From Candidatus Sumerlaeota bacterium (GTDB lineage: Bacteria; Sumerlaeota; Sumerlaeia; Sumerlaeales; Sumerlaeaceae): DNA of 64,000 bases. The DNA lies in contig JAPLSQ010000082.1 of the NCBI GenBank assembly GCA_026398535.1, positions 20,003 to 84,002 of the forward strand, read 5' to 3'. Shown one piece after another: positions 9,413 to 18,456 of this stretch. Position 1 is the first letter of the stretch, and every line of letters begins with the position of its first letter. A program made the translations under genes and the position numbers. The notes under the pieces were generated by a model, which did not search any database, was not told where the DNA came from, and saw only the letters and a program-made list of their open reading frames with translations.

Positions 9413-12400
9413 TTATGGCACACTATTGGTGTGCTCGAGCAGTATGTTCGCGATTGTTTGCGCATTTTTCTGATCGAAAACATGGCTGTGGTCACCGGGC
9501 AGGTTGTGAATTTCCAAGCCCTGATCGGCCATTCCGCTCCATCCTGCCTGTGGATCGCGGGGCCGGGTGCCGACCACAATCGAGGCCTTGATCAGAAGCA
9601 GTTTCCCGGGGAAGAGCGCAACGGGGCGATAGTCGGTCACGGCGCGCATCTGGCATCCAATCGCCTCGGACATTTCAGCAAGATAGGATTTCACGGTGTA
9701 ACTGCTTGATTTCAGGCTTGCACGCACGGAGAAGCTGCGCATTTTGTGGCGTAAAATGTCCGCTTTGCTGCTCATGGGGCGCATCAGGAAATTCCAAAAG
9801 TAGCGTATCAGCCGGCGCCATTTCCCCGCATGGAAGGCGTTGGGGCCGTAGGAGTCGATCATGAACAGGCAGGAAACCTGCTCGCCCGCGGCGACGAGCT
9901 GGAGCGCCATTTCGTAGGCAAGAACTCCGCCAAGGCAGAAGCCGCCAATCAGGTATGGGCCGTGCGGCTGGATTTTTTGCGCCGTTTCAAGGAACTCGCG
10001 GGCGATGATTTCCACTGACCCGCTCGCGCGTGCGCCGGCAGAAAGTGAAAGCACTTCAAGCACATAGAATGGGCGGCCGCCTCCAAGGGCGCGCACGACG
10101 GGCGGGAACTGGCAGGCGCCGCTGATGCAAAAGATGGGGATTTTCGCGCCTGCGGCGCCCAATGAAATCACAGTCGCATGGTCGGAATCCGCGGAACCGG
10201 CGCTCAGGGCAGCTGCCAGTTGTGCGATCGTGGGCGCCTTGAAAAGAGCGCTCACCGGGAGATGGCGGCCAAGCCGCTTTTCAATGAGCGCTGTCATTCT
10301 GAGCATGAGCAACGAATAGCCGCCAAGATCAAAAAAGTTGTCATTGATGCCGATCGGACTTACGCGAAGCACTTCCTGCCAGATGGCGATAAGACTTGCT
10401 TCGAGTTGGTTTCGCGGTTCCGCACGAGATTCTCGGGTAATAAAAGATTCTTTGCCGGGAAGCGGCAGGGCGCGACGATCGATTTTGCCGCTTATCCCGC
10501 GCGGAAGAGCTTTCATGACGGTGTAGCTCATGGGAAGCATGTATTGAGGCAGTTTCTGGATGAGATAACGACGCAACTCCTCGCGCAGGACGTTCTGATC
10601 GCGGTCTGACGCGACATATGCCGCCAGGCCCACAATAACACCCTGGTTCCCAATGGGTCTGACGACAGCCTCACGGACAGCCGGATGGGTGGATAGGGCC
10701 TGCTCCGCCTCGCCCAACTCCACGCGGAATCCGCGTATTTGCACCTGATCGTCATTGCGTCCCAGGAACTCGATCTGGCCGTCTTCGCGGTATTTCGCCA
10801 AATCGCCTGTTTTATACATGCGGGCGCCAGGGAGTGTCTGGAAGGGATCGGGCAGGAATCTTTCGAGCGTCATGTCAGGGTTGTTCAAATAACCGCGTGC
10901 GACGTTTTCCCCGCCAAGGTAGAGTTCGCCAGCGACGCCGATTCCCGTCGGCTGCATTAATTCATCGAGTATATAACACGTGACGTTTGTGAGGGGGCGT
11001 CCGATGGGGGGACACGCATCGTCAGCATATGGGTCAACGCAGCACCATGTGCTGTCGACGGTGTTCTCCGTGGGGCCATAGCCGTTGATGAGGCTGAATG
11101 GATGTGAGGGTTTGGGGTGTCTCCGGAGGGTGTCGCCGCCTGTGAGCAGGCAGCGCAATGGGATTTCGGCGGGCCATGTTTCATCCAGCATGAGCTCCAT
11201 CAGCGCTGTCGGAATAAAACTGATTGTGATGCCTTCTTCGGCGAGCCAATCGATCATCCGGCGCGGGTCAAGGATGATTTCGGACTCGGGGATGTGAAGG
11301 CATGCGCCGGCTGCCAAGCAGGGCCAGATGTCGGCGATTGAGGCGTCAAACGCCAGACTTGCCACCATTGCGCCATGATCACGCGGAGTCATGGCGAGTT
11401 CTTTATTGTAGTGGCAAATAAGGTTGGTCAGGGAGTGATGTTCGATTTCCACGCCTTTGGGACGGCCTGTGGAACCCGACGTGTAGATGATATAAGCCCG
11501 GCTCCGGGCTGTTGCAGGGGCATGCGGCATGTCAGCGGATGCGTCGTCTGCGGGAAAGGGGACGGACGCATCCACGGGGATGAGTTTGAGTTTTGTGTCC
11601 GCCAATTGTTGTTTCAGATGCGGCTGGGTGAGGACAATTTTCGCCTGCGAGTTTTCAAGGATATAGAGGATTCGCTCGTGCGGGGCTGTGATATCGATGG
11701 GCACGAAAGAGCCGCCCGCTTTCAGCACGGCCAGACAACCAATGACGGCCTCAAATGAACGTTCCATGAAAATGGCAACAGACTGCTCAGGCTCAAGCCC
11801 CGCAGCGGCCAGTTGCCTTGCAAGACGGATTGCCCGCTGCTCAAGCTGGCCATAGCTTAAAAGTTGTCCGTTGCGCCGTAGCGCCGGCGCGGAAGGATCG
11901 CGCATTGTCTGCTCGCGCACGAAATCGTGGGCTTTTTTGTCGCGGGGAAAGTCTCTCCGCGTGGCATTCCAATCTTTGAGAAGCAGATGGCGTTCGGCGC
12001 CGCTGATCATGGGAACATCACGGATGCGGCGGGCCGGGTCGCGCGTAATTTCCTCAAGCAGAACCCGCAGATGCGAGGCCATCGTTTCCATCCGTGTTGC
12101 GTTGAAATTGCCCCCGGGCCAGCTCATCTGCACCCGCATGTCCTGCCACGCGTAAGCGCCAAGCGCGAGATAGTTGGTCTTGTCCACAAGCTTGAATGCG
12201 CGGTTGCTCCATCTGCCTCCGCGTTGCCGGAACATGGGCGTGAGCTGGATGTTGTCGAAGTCTTCAATGACATCGAAGAGCGGCATGCCCGAAGGCATGG
12301 AGCTCCATGACTGAATTCGGGCCAGCGGTGTGTGCTCATGCGGGCGGATGGCAACCTGCTGGTCATGGAGGCCCTGCAGCCACGAAATCAGAGATGCGCC

Positions 12401-13330
12401 GGGATCGGCCTGCGCGCGGAAGGGAACCATGTTCAGGAACAATCCGACCATTGTTTTTTCGGACGCGTCGCCGCGCCAATGACGGCAGGCCCGCGTGGAA
12501 CCAAACACGACATCTTCGCTGCTGGTGTGGCGCGCGAGCAGAATTGCCCACGCGCCTTGGACAAGCGTGTGCAGGGTGACGCCCTGCTCCTGGGCGAACT
12601 GGCGAAGCCGCGTGACATCGCCGGCAGGCAACCGGTATTCGATACAGCCATCCTCCGCGCTATTGCCGCCGCTGGGGGTCTTGTGTTTTCCCAGAATGGT
12701 CGGTTCGGACAGGTCTTTGAGCTGCGTTTGCCAGAATTCCCTGGGGGCCTCAAAATCGAGACTTTGCAGCCATTCAATATATTCGCTGTACGGGGGGGGG
12801 GTGGGCAGTGCCGGCGGCTCACGGCCTTCGATGAGCGCGTCGTAGATCGTGAACAGTTCATCGATAAGTATGGCGCGCGACCGTCCATCGAGCAGGATGT
12901 GATGCGATGTCCAGACAAGCTTCCATTCATGGACGCCCGATTTACTGCCGCATCGAAAGGCCGTCCAGCGCCATAATGGCGTTTCGGCAAGGTTAAATCC
13001 CCGTATGCCGTCCTCTCTGAGATAAGCTCCCAACCGGCTTTCTACTTCCCCCGGCGTCAGTCCAAAGCAATCTTGTATGTCAAGCGTGACGGGAACGGCT
13101 GCATGAACAACCTGTATGGGTTCCGGCGTTTCCTCCCAGACAAATGAGGTGCGCAGAATGCCGTGCCGATTGACAACATCCTCCCACGCCTTCAAAAAAA
13201 GATTAGTGTCCAGTTCCTCATTTAATGCGCAGACATATTGTTGCACATACAATCCCTCACCGCTTGCGGCGAGACTGTGAAACAACATACCCTGTTGTGC
13301 GGGAGAAAGAGGATAACGATCGGCCAGCAT
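9413..13330 (-). CDS. Single-module non-ribosomal peptide synthetase: condensation (starter-type) - adenylation - PCP - thioesterase (Cys-type)
   Basis: C domain: LSPAQQGMLFH and HHILLDGRS. A domain cores: YIIYTSGSTGRPKGV, NGYGPTENT, YKTGDL, GRNDDQVQIRGFRVELGEAE, GKIDRRAL. PCP: FFDLGGYSL. TE: GPYLIGGFCLGG, i.e. GxCxG instead of GxSxG. Confidence 0.9.
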   Translation of the reverse strand: MLADRYPLSPAQQGMLFHSLAASGEGLYVQQYVCALNEELDTNLFLKAWEDVVNRHGILRTSFVWEETPEPIQVVHAAVPVTLDIQDCFGLTPGEVESRLGAYLREDGIRGFNLAETPLWRWTAFRCGSKSGVHEWKLVWTSHHILLDGRSRAILIDELFTIYDALIEGREPPALPTPPPYSEYIEWLQSLDFEAPREFWQTQLKDLSEPTILGKHKTPSGGNSAEDGCIEYRLPAGDVTRLRQFAQEQGVTLHTLVQGAWAILLARHTSSEDVVFGSTRACRHWRGDASEKTMVGLFLNMVPFRAQADPGASLISWLQGLHDQQVAIRPHEHTPLARIQSWSSMPSGMPLFDVIEDFDNIQLTPMFRQRGGRWSNRAFKLVDKTNYLALGAYAWQDMRVQMSWPGGNFNATRMETMASHLRVLLEEITRDPARRIRDVPMISGAERHLLLKDWNATRRDFPRDKKAHDFVREQTMRDPSAPALRRNGQLLSYGQLEQRAIRLARQLAAAGLEPEQSVAIFMERSFEAVIGCLAVLKAGGSFVPIDITAPHERILYILENSQAKIVLTQPHLKQQLADTKLKLIPVDASVPFPADDASADMPHAPATARSRAYIIYTSGSTGRPKGVEIEHHSLTNLICHYNKELAMTPRDHGAMVASLAFDASIADIWPCLAAGACLHIPESEIILDPRRMIDWLAEEGITISFIPTALMELMLDETWPAEIPLRCLLTGGDTLRRHPKPSHPFSLINGYGPTENTVDSTWCCVDPYADDACPPIGRPLTNVTCYILDELMQPTGIGVAGELYLGGENVARGYLNNPDMTLERFLPDPFQTLPGARMYKTGDLAKYREDGQIEFLGRNDDQVQIRGFRVELGEAEQALSTHPAVREAVVRPIGNQGVIVGLAAYVASDRDQNVLREELRRYLIQKLPQYMLPMSYTVMKALPRGISGKIDRRALPLPGKESFITRESRAEPRNQLEASLIAIWQEVLRVSPIGINDNFFDLGGYSLLMLRMTALIEKRLGRHLPVSALFKAPTIAQLAAALSAGSADSDHATVISLGAAGAKIPIFCISGACQFPPVVRALGGGRPFYVLEVLSLSAGARASGSVEIIAREFLETAQKIQPHGPYLIGGFCLGGVLAYEMALQLVAAGEQVSCLFMIDSYGPNAFHAGKWRRLIRYFWNFLMRPMSSKADILRHKMRSFSVRASLKSSSYTVKSYLAEMSEAIGCQMRAVTDYRPVALFPGKLLLIKASIVVGTRPRDPQAGWSGMADQGLEIHNLPGDHSHVFDQKNAQTIANILLEHTNSVP

Positions 13331-13503
13331 AATACAAGATGATCATTCATCAGACGGGCGTTGGCATGTCAAGAGTCATGCGGTTCAGTGTTGCGTGTTT
13401 CGTCCGATGAATTATCGGCTCACATGACGTGAACGCTGATAAATGTGGAGACAAGACATGCGGGGAATCCGCATTAGCGGGCACTGCAACAGTTGCTCTT
13501 TGT

Positions 13504-15504
13504 TTATTTATTCCCGCGCGCGTTCTTCTTTTTGGTTTTTCCATCGGCGGCTGGCGGCGGGGGAGGCGGAGGGGGCGGAACGCCCGCAACAGCCTGTTTT
13601 TTAAGCTGCCGCTCTTCCTCGCGGGCCAGCTGGCGGTTGGTCAGCAGCGTTTGAAAAATCTGCCAGACATTAGATGCGTTCCAGTAGATCATGAGGCCGG
13701 CGGGCATCGAATAGAGGATAAATATCATGAAGAGCGGCATGAAGTACATCATTTGCTTCTGTGTGGGATCCATCAACTTGCTTTTCAGGCGCGCCATGGA
13801 AATCCATGTGGCCAGCATCTGGGTGAGCCCCATAAGAATGGGCAGCAGGTTTAAATAAGCTCCGACAAAGGGCAGCATCATGCCGAACGGGACAAGGTGG
13901 TCGGGCTGGGACAAATCTTTGATCCACAGGAAATGCGCGCCCTGGAGATCAATTGTGTCGTTGGAGACGCGGTACAGCCCGTAGAACACCGGCAGCTGGA
14001 GGATCATGGGCACGCAACCGCGCAGGGCGCCAAAGGGCGAGATGTTATGCTCTTTGTAGACCTTCCATGTCTGCTTGTTCTTCTCGTTTGGGTTGTCCTT
14101 GTATTTTTCGTTGATCTGGTCGAGGTAGGGCTTGATCTTTTGCATTTCGGCCATGGATTTGGCTTGGATGCGAATGCTGTGTTGGGTCAGGGGGAATGTG
14201 ACAAGCCGCACGAGAACGGTGAGCATGATGATGGCCACGCCATAGTTGTGGACATACTTGAAAATCCAGTTCAGCAGGTCGGTAAGGAACAGGTAGATGA
14301 CGCGCATGAAGGGCCATGCGTCGTGGAACATGAGTGTCTGGAGATTGAGAGCCGCGCCGTACTGATTGAGCGTGCGGTATTTTTTAGGCCCGACATAGAG
14401 CTTGTAAGTGAAAGTCTGGTTGCTGCCCGGAGGGATTTCGAGGCGGTCTGTGGCCAATTCCATTGTCAGCGGCGGCTGATGATCTTTGGTTGGCAGGTTG
14501 TGGGCGCCGGGCACGAGGGCGCGGAAGAAAAAGCGCTGTTTTCGTGCCGCGTCGTCGGGTTGGACGGGAATAAGGATGGCGGTGAAAAATTTGGATTCGA
14601 CGCCGCTCCATTGGATGCGTCCGTCCGCCTCGACGGGTTCGGAGTTGGGCTTGGGATACGCCGCGCGCACTTGGTCATCCATGCGGAACACGGCAGCGTC
14701 ATAGGCCTCCTCGCCGGTGGGCTTGTCGCCAAGGTTGCGTTCGACGAGTCCCGGCCCCCAGCGGATGATCAGACCGCGTCCGGTGTCGTCATAGACAGGG
14801 ATCGTGCTTGCGCTGTCATTGCGAAGGGTGATCTGTAGAAGCGACATGTAGCCGTCGCGGTCGAATTCGAATGACTTGGTCACACTGACGCCGCGCAAAG
14901 CAGGCGACTCATAAACAAGCAGTCCGTCGTTGCCCGCGGGCGCTGGGGCCCGGCGGCGCGTCCATTTGATATTATTGAATTCCTCATAACTGTAGGCGGC
15001 TTGTTCGCTGAAGCTGATCTGCAGGGGCCATGTTTGAGCGGGGGGTTGCGAGGGCAATAATGCGGGGATCTTGCGCACAAGTTCGATGCCTTCGCGGTTG
15101 TCCATCCGCTGTTCGAAGGATTCGCTTCCGGGATCAAGCAGGCGCCAGCTATGGATGACGGCGCCCGTGGAGTCGATGCCGATGGCATACTTGTTGGTTG
15201 TCGTGGTGGTGATTTCGCCCGGGTGGCTGACAATGGATATCGATGTGTTTTCGATCAGGCGGGGTTTGGCGGGAATGATTTCCGCGGCTGCTGCCGTGTG
15301 TGCCGGCGTGCGGGAGGTTTCCGCCGCGGCTTGGACGGACATCGCGGCGGATGTTTCATGTGATTTGGCCAGTGTGGATGTGGTGGATTTGCCCTTGCCG
15401 GCGTCGGCCGTCTGTTTGGCCGGCTGATTGCGCTGCATGAGTGTCGCAAAAAGCTGAATGATGACGAATGACAGCAACAGAAATAGCAGCCAGCGGCGGT
15501 CCAT
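13504..15504 (-). CDS. yidC: Membrane protein insertase YidC
   Basis: N-terminal TM helix, a large periplasmic domain, a C-terminal 5-TM Oxa1 core (…PFGALRGCVPMILQLPVFYGLY…) and a Pro-rich basic tail. Last gene of the rpmH-rnpA-yidD-yidC cluster. Confidence 0.9.
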   Translation of the reverse strand: MDRRWLLFLLLSFVIIQLFATLMQRNQPAKQTADAGKGKSTTSTLAKSHETSAAMSVQAAAETSRTPAHTAAAAEIIPAKPRLIENTSISIVSHPGEITTTTTNKYAIGIDSTGAVIHSWRLLDPGSESFEQRMDNREGIELVRKIPALLPSQPPAQTWPLQISFSEQAAYSYEEFNNIKWTRRRAPAPAGNDGLLVYESPALRGVSVTKSFEFDRDGYMSLLQITLRNDSASTIPVYDDTGRGLIIRWGPGLVERNLGDKPTGEEAYDAAVFRMDDQVRAAYPKPNSEPVEADGRIQWSGVESKFFTAILIPVQPDDAARKQRFFFRALVPGAHNLPTKDHQPPLTMELATDRLEIPPGSNQTFTYKLYVGPKKYRTLNQYGAALNLQTLMFHDAWPFMRVIYLFLTDLLNWIFKYVHNYGVAIIMLTVLVRLVTFPLTQHSIRIQAKSMAEMQKIKPYLDQINEKYKDNPNEKNKQTWKVYKEHNISPFGALRGCVPMILQLPVFYGLYRVSNDTIDLQGAHFLWIKDLSQPDHLVPFGMMLPFVGAYLNLLPILMGLTQMLATWISMARLKSKLMDPTQKQMMYFMPLFMIFILYSMPAGLMIYWNASNVWQIFQTLLTNRQLAREEERQLKKQAVAGVPPPPPPPPPAADGKTKKKNARGNK

Positions 15505-15551
15505 GATCGCTTAGTACCTGTCTCCGTGTGTGGAAGATGTGGTTGCCTGGT

Positions 15552-15824
15552 TCATAAACTTTTATCCATGACGCGCCGCTCATCCGCGTCGACGGGGTCG
15601 TAACCGCCTTTGCAAAAGGGATTGCAGCGCAACAGGCGCCATATAATCATTCCGAGCGCTGTCAGCAGGCGTTTGCGGCGCAAGGTCTCGATGGCATAGG
15701 CTGAGCATGATGGGTAAAACCTGCATGCGGGCGGCAGAATGGGCGCAAGTGTGATCTGATACAGCCTTACGGTTCCCGCCAGGACAGACTTGAATGGTTG
15801 TTCGATGTGCTCGGTCAGTGTCAT
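15552..15824 (-). CDS. yidD: Membrane protein insertion efficiency factor YidD
   Basis: Motif CRFYPSCSAYAIEAL…, ~90 aa, 4-bp overlap with rnpA. Confidence 0.85.
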   Translation of the reverse strand: MTLTEHIEQPFKSVLAGTVRLYQITLAPILPPACRFYPSCSAYAIETLRRKRLLTALGMIIWRLLRCNPFCKGGYDPVDADERRVMDKSL

Positions 15825-16225
15825 GATCCGCTCTCCCGGCGGTTGCCGGACATGTCCGCATCAGCGAACAATTCCGCCTGCCGCCATGCTGACATCAACT
15901 GGCTTCTGATGTCCGCGAAGCTCATTCGGGCAGCGGCGGGATTGAAATTGACGATCACCGTCGATCCGCTTTTCATACACGGGAGCGCGGCGCGGAACAC
16001 TTCACGCGCGATGCGCTTGAGCCGGTTGCGCTGAACGGCGCCGCCGGTTTTGCGTGTCGCGGTGATGCCAAGACGCGTTGGCTGGTCTGATGATTCCCGT
16101 CCGAGCACGAACACACTGGCGGCTGCCCGCCGGCGGCGGCTGCCACGCTCGTAGGCGTCAAGAAAATCGGCGCGTTTTCGCACACGATTCTCCCTGCGAA
16201 AGAAATATCGCGTCTGTTGAGCCAA
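15821..16225 (-). CDS. rnpA: Ribonuclease P protein component
   Basis: Basic ~130-aa protein (…RVRKRADF…RLGITATRKTGGAVQRNRLKR…) between rpmH and yidD. Exact start uncertain. Confidence 0.75.
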   Translation of the reverse strand: MAQQTRYFFRRENRVRKRADFLDAYERGSRRRRAAASVFVLGRESSDQPTRLGITATRKTGGAVQRNRLKRIAREVFRAALPCMKSGSTVIVNFNPAAARMSFADIRSQLMSAWRQAELFADADMSGNRRESGS

Positions 16226-16250
16226 TCCATGCCTTGAGGATCAATCACCG

Positions 16251-16406
16251 CTAACGGGATGATGGTGAATCCGAGGCCGTCAGGCGTTTGCGTCCCTTGG
16301 CGCGGCGGCGGCTGAGCACCAGGCGCCCGTTCTTGGTTGACATGCGCTCGCGGAAACCGTGTTTGTTGCGCCGTTTGCGCAGGCTTGGCTGAAATGTGCG
16401 TTTCAT
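16251..16406 (-). CDS. rpmH: 50S ribosomal protein L34
   Basis: Reverse-complement translation reads [51 protein letters not shown]. It is not in the ORF track because it is shorter than 60 aa. Confidence 0.9.
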   Translation of the reverse strand: MKRTFQPSLRKRRNKHGFRERMSTKNGRLVLSRRRAKGRKRLTASDSPSSR

Positions 16407-16788
16407 CTGGATACCACCAACATCAAAAATGACAAAACCTGAAGTTCTAACAGGAAACGAGGTTAAAAATTCGGGGAATTTGCGAAACTGTTGCCGCGCG
16501 GCGCTTGAATCGTGCCGTCGCGTCCTTGTGCAAGCCCCATGATGATCAGTTTCATTTTCGATGCCGCGGCGGTTAGAATAAATATGCCGGTTCAGGTGTT
16601 CAATGGTGTCACGAAATTGACGAACATCGGCATTGACAAGAGGCCGCGTGTTCTGGTTATATTTTCGTTCGTAAGTAATATTTGTGTTGACGCGGGCTTG
16701 CCATATCGAGTTTTGTATGCCGCGTTTTGCGTTGGAGACCCGGCCAACGGGCTCCTCATTTTTACACCGGTAAGAGGTGCAAGAGCTA

Positions 16789-17034
16789 ATGTCAGTCGAA
16801 CAGAAGGTTAAAGAAATTGTTGTTCAGCAGTTGGGGGTGAATGAAGACCAGGTGACACCTGAGGCGTCGTTCATTGATGATCTTGGCGCCGATTCGCTTG
16901 ACCAGGTCGAACTTGTCATGGCATTCGAGGAAGAATTCAGCATTGAGATTCCCGACGAGGACGCCGAAAAAATCACGACCGTTGGCCAGGCCATAGAGTA
17001 CGTCAGCAAGAAAACCGCCCCGGCGGAACAGTAA
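16789..17034 (+). CDS. acpP: Acyl carrier protein
   Basis: The DSLD motif ([19 protein letters not shown]) carries the phosphopantetheine-attachment Ser; 81 aa. Start chosen at MSVEQK. Confidence 0.9.
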   Translation: MSVEQKVKEIVVQQLGVNEDQVTPEASFIDDLGADSLDQVELVMAFEEEFSIEIPDEDAEKITTVGQAIEYVSKKTAPAEQ

Positions 17035-17130
17035 CACGGTCAGCCGGCATGCTTGCCGGATTGCGAGTCATGCAAATGATTTGAGATGTCGAGCCTCAAG
17101 TCACTATTATAGAATTATTATTTGACACCA

Positions 17131-17160
17131 GCGCCGGGAAAATGCCCGGCGCATTTTTTT
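17131..17160 (+). terminator. Rho-independent terminator/attenuator between acpP and fabF
   Basis: GC stem GCGCCGGG / CCCGGCGC with loop AAAAT followed by a run of 8 T. A second short hairpin (CCGGCA-TGCT-TGCCGG) sits at 17043-17058. Confidence 0.5.
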
Positions 17161-17173
17161 ATGAGGTAATGAT

Positions 17174-18427
17174 ATGTCGAGCAAGGAAATGAAACGCGTT
17201 GTAGTGACAGGTTTGGGCGCATTGACGCCAATCGGCAACAACGCCGATGACTACTGGCAGGGCCTGCTTGCCGGCAGGAATGGCGTGGGGCCGATCACTT
17301 ATTTTGACACGACGGATTACGACTCAAGGATCGCCGCGCAGCTCAAGGATTATAATCCCGAGAACCATTTTGACCGCAAAGAGATACGCAAAATGGACAA
17401 CTTCACCCGGTACGCGATCGTGGCCGGACGCGAGGCGATGAAGGACAGCGGTCTCGACATTGCAAAAGCGGATATCAACCGCATCGGTGTCATCATTGGC
17501 GTGGGCATGGGGGGCGTGGCCACAATTGAAGAACAGGTCCTTGTGCTCATGAAAAAAGGGGCCAAGCGTGTCAGCCCGTTCCTTATCCCGAAAATGATTC
17601 CCAACATGGCCAGCGGCATGGTGTCCATCGAGCTTGGTCTCAAGGGGCCAAACTCGTGCATCTGCACCGCCTGCGCCAGTTCGACGCACGCCATCGGCGA
17701 TTCATTCAAACTTATTCAAAGAGGCGACGCTGTCGCGATGGTCTGCGGTGGAGCCGAGTCAACTATCACGCCGGTGGCCATTGCCGGCTTCGGGAACATG
17801 CAGGCGCTGAGCCGGCACAATGATGAGCCGCACAAGGCAAGCCGTCCCTTTGACGCCAACCGCGACGGTTTTGTGATGGGGGAGGGCTCGGGCATCCTGG
17901 TGCTTGAGGATATAGACCATGCGCGCGCGCGCGGCGCCAAAATTTACGCTGAGATCGTCGGCTATGGATTGTCGGGCGACGCGTTCCACATGACAGCGCC
18001 CGCGGCCATGGGCGAAGGCGGAGCCAGAGCCATGAAGATGGCCATTGACGACGCGGGCATCACCCCCGCCGAAGTGCAATACATCAATGCTCATGGCACG
18101 AGCACGTCACTCAATGACAAGCTGGAAACACTGGCGATTAAGGCCGTGTTTGGCGACGATGCCCAAAAAGTCATGCTTTCGTCGAACAAGTCCATGATCG
18201 GACACCTGATTGGCGCGGCGGGCGCCGTGGAAGCTGTGGCCACGGTGAAGACGGTGCAGAATAATATGGTCCCTCCGACGATCAATTATGAAACACCTGA
18301 CCCGGAGTGTGATCTGGACTGTGTGCCCAACGTCGCGCGCCAAGCCGAGGTGACTTACGCGATCAGCAATTCGCTGGGCTTCGGCGGCCACAACTGCACG
18401 ATTTGTTTCAAGAAATTCATCGCCTGA
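17174..18427 (+). CDS. fabF: 3-oxoacyl-ACP synthase II
   Basis: The KAS II pattern runs full length. Active-site region …ACASSTHAIGDS…, His motifs …NAHGTST… and …GHLIGAAGA…, C-terminal …NSLGFGGHN…. Confidence 0.95.
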   Translation: MSSKEMKRVVVTGLGALTPIGNNADDYWQGLLAGRNGVGPITYFDTTDYDSRIAAQLKDYNPENHFDRKEIRKMDNFTRYAIVAGREAMKDSGLDIAKADINRIGVIIGVGMGGVATIEEQVLVLMKKGAKRVSPFLIPKMIPNMASGMVSIELGLKGPNSCICTACASSTHAIGDSFKLIQRGDAVAMVCGGAESTITPVAIAGFGNMQALSRHNDEPHKASRPFDANRDGFVMGEGSGILVLEDIDHARARGAKIYAEIVGYGLSGDAFHMTAPAAMGEGGARAMKMAIDDAGITPAEVQYINAHGTSTSLNDKLETLAIKAVFGDDAQKVMLSSNKSMIGHLIGAAGAVEAVATVKTVQNNMVPPTINYETPDPECDLDCVPNVARQAEVTYAISNSLGFGGHNCTICFKKFIA

Positions 18428-18456
18428 TCATTCATTCCCTGCCGTTGTAGTGGCAG

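Noticed and set aside
13440-13500. Hairpins (ATGCGG-GGAAT-CCGCAT; GCAAC-A-GTTGC followed by a T-rich stretch) between the NRPS start and the yidC stop
   Set aside because: The orientation is ambiguous for the minus-strand genes here, since the T-run is on the wrong strand for a yidC terminator. It could be a regulatory element but is not convincing as a terminator.
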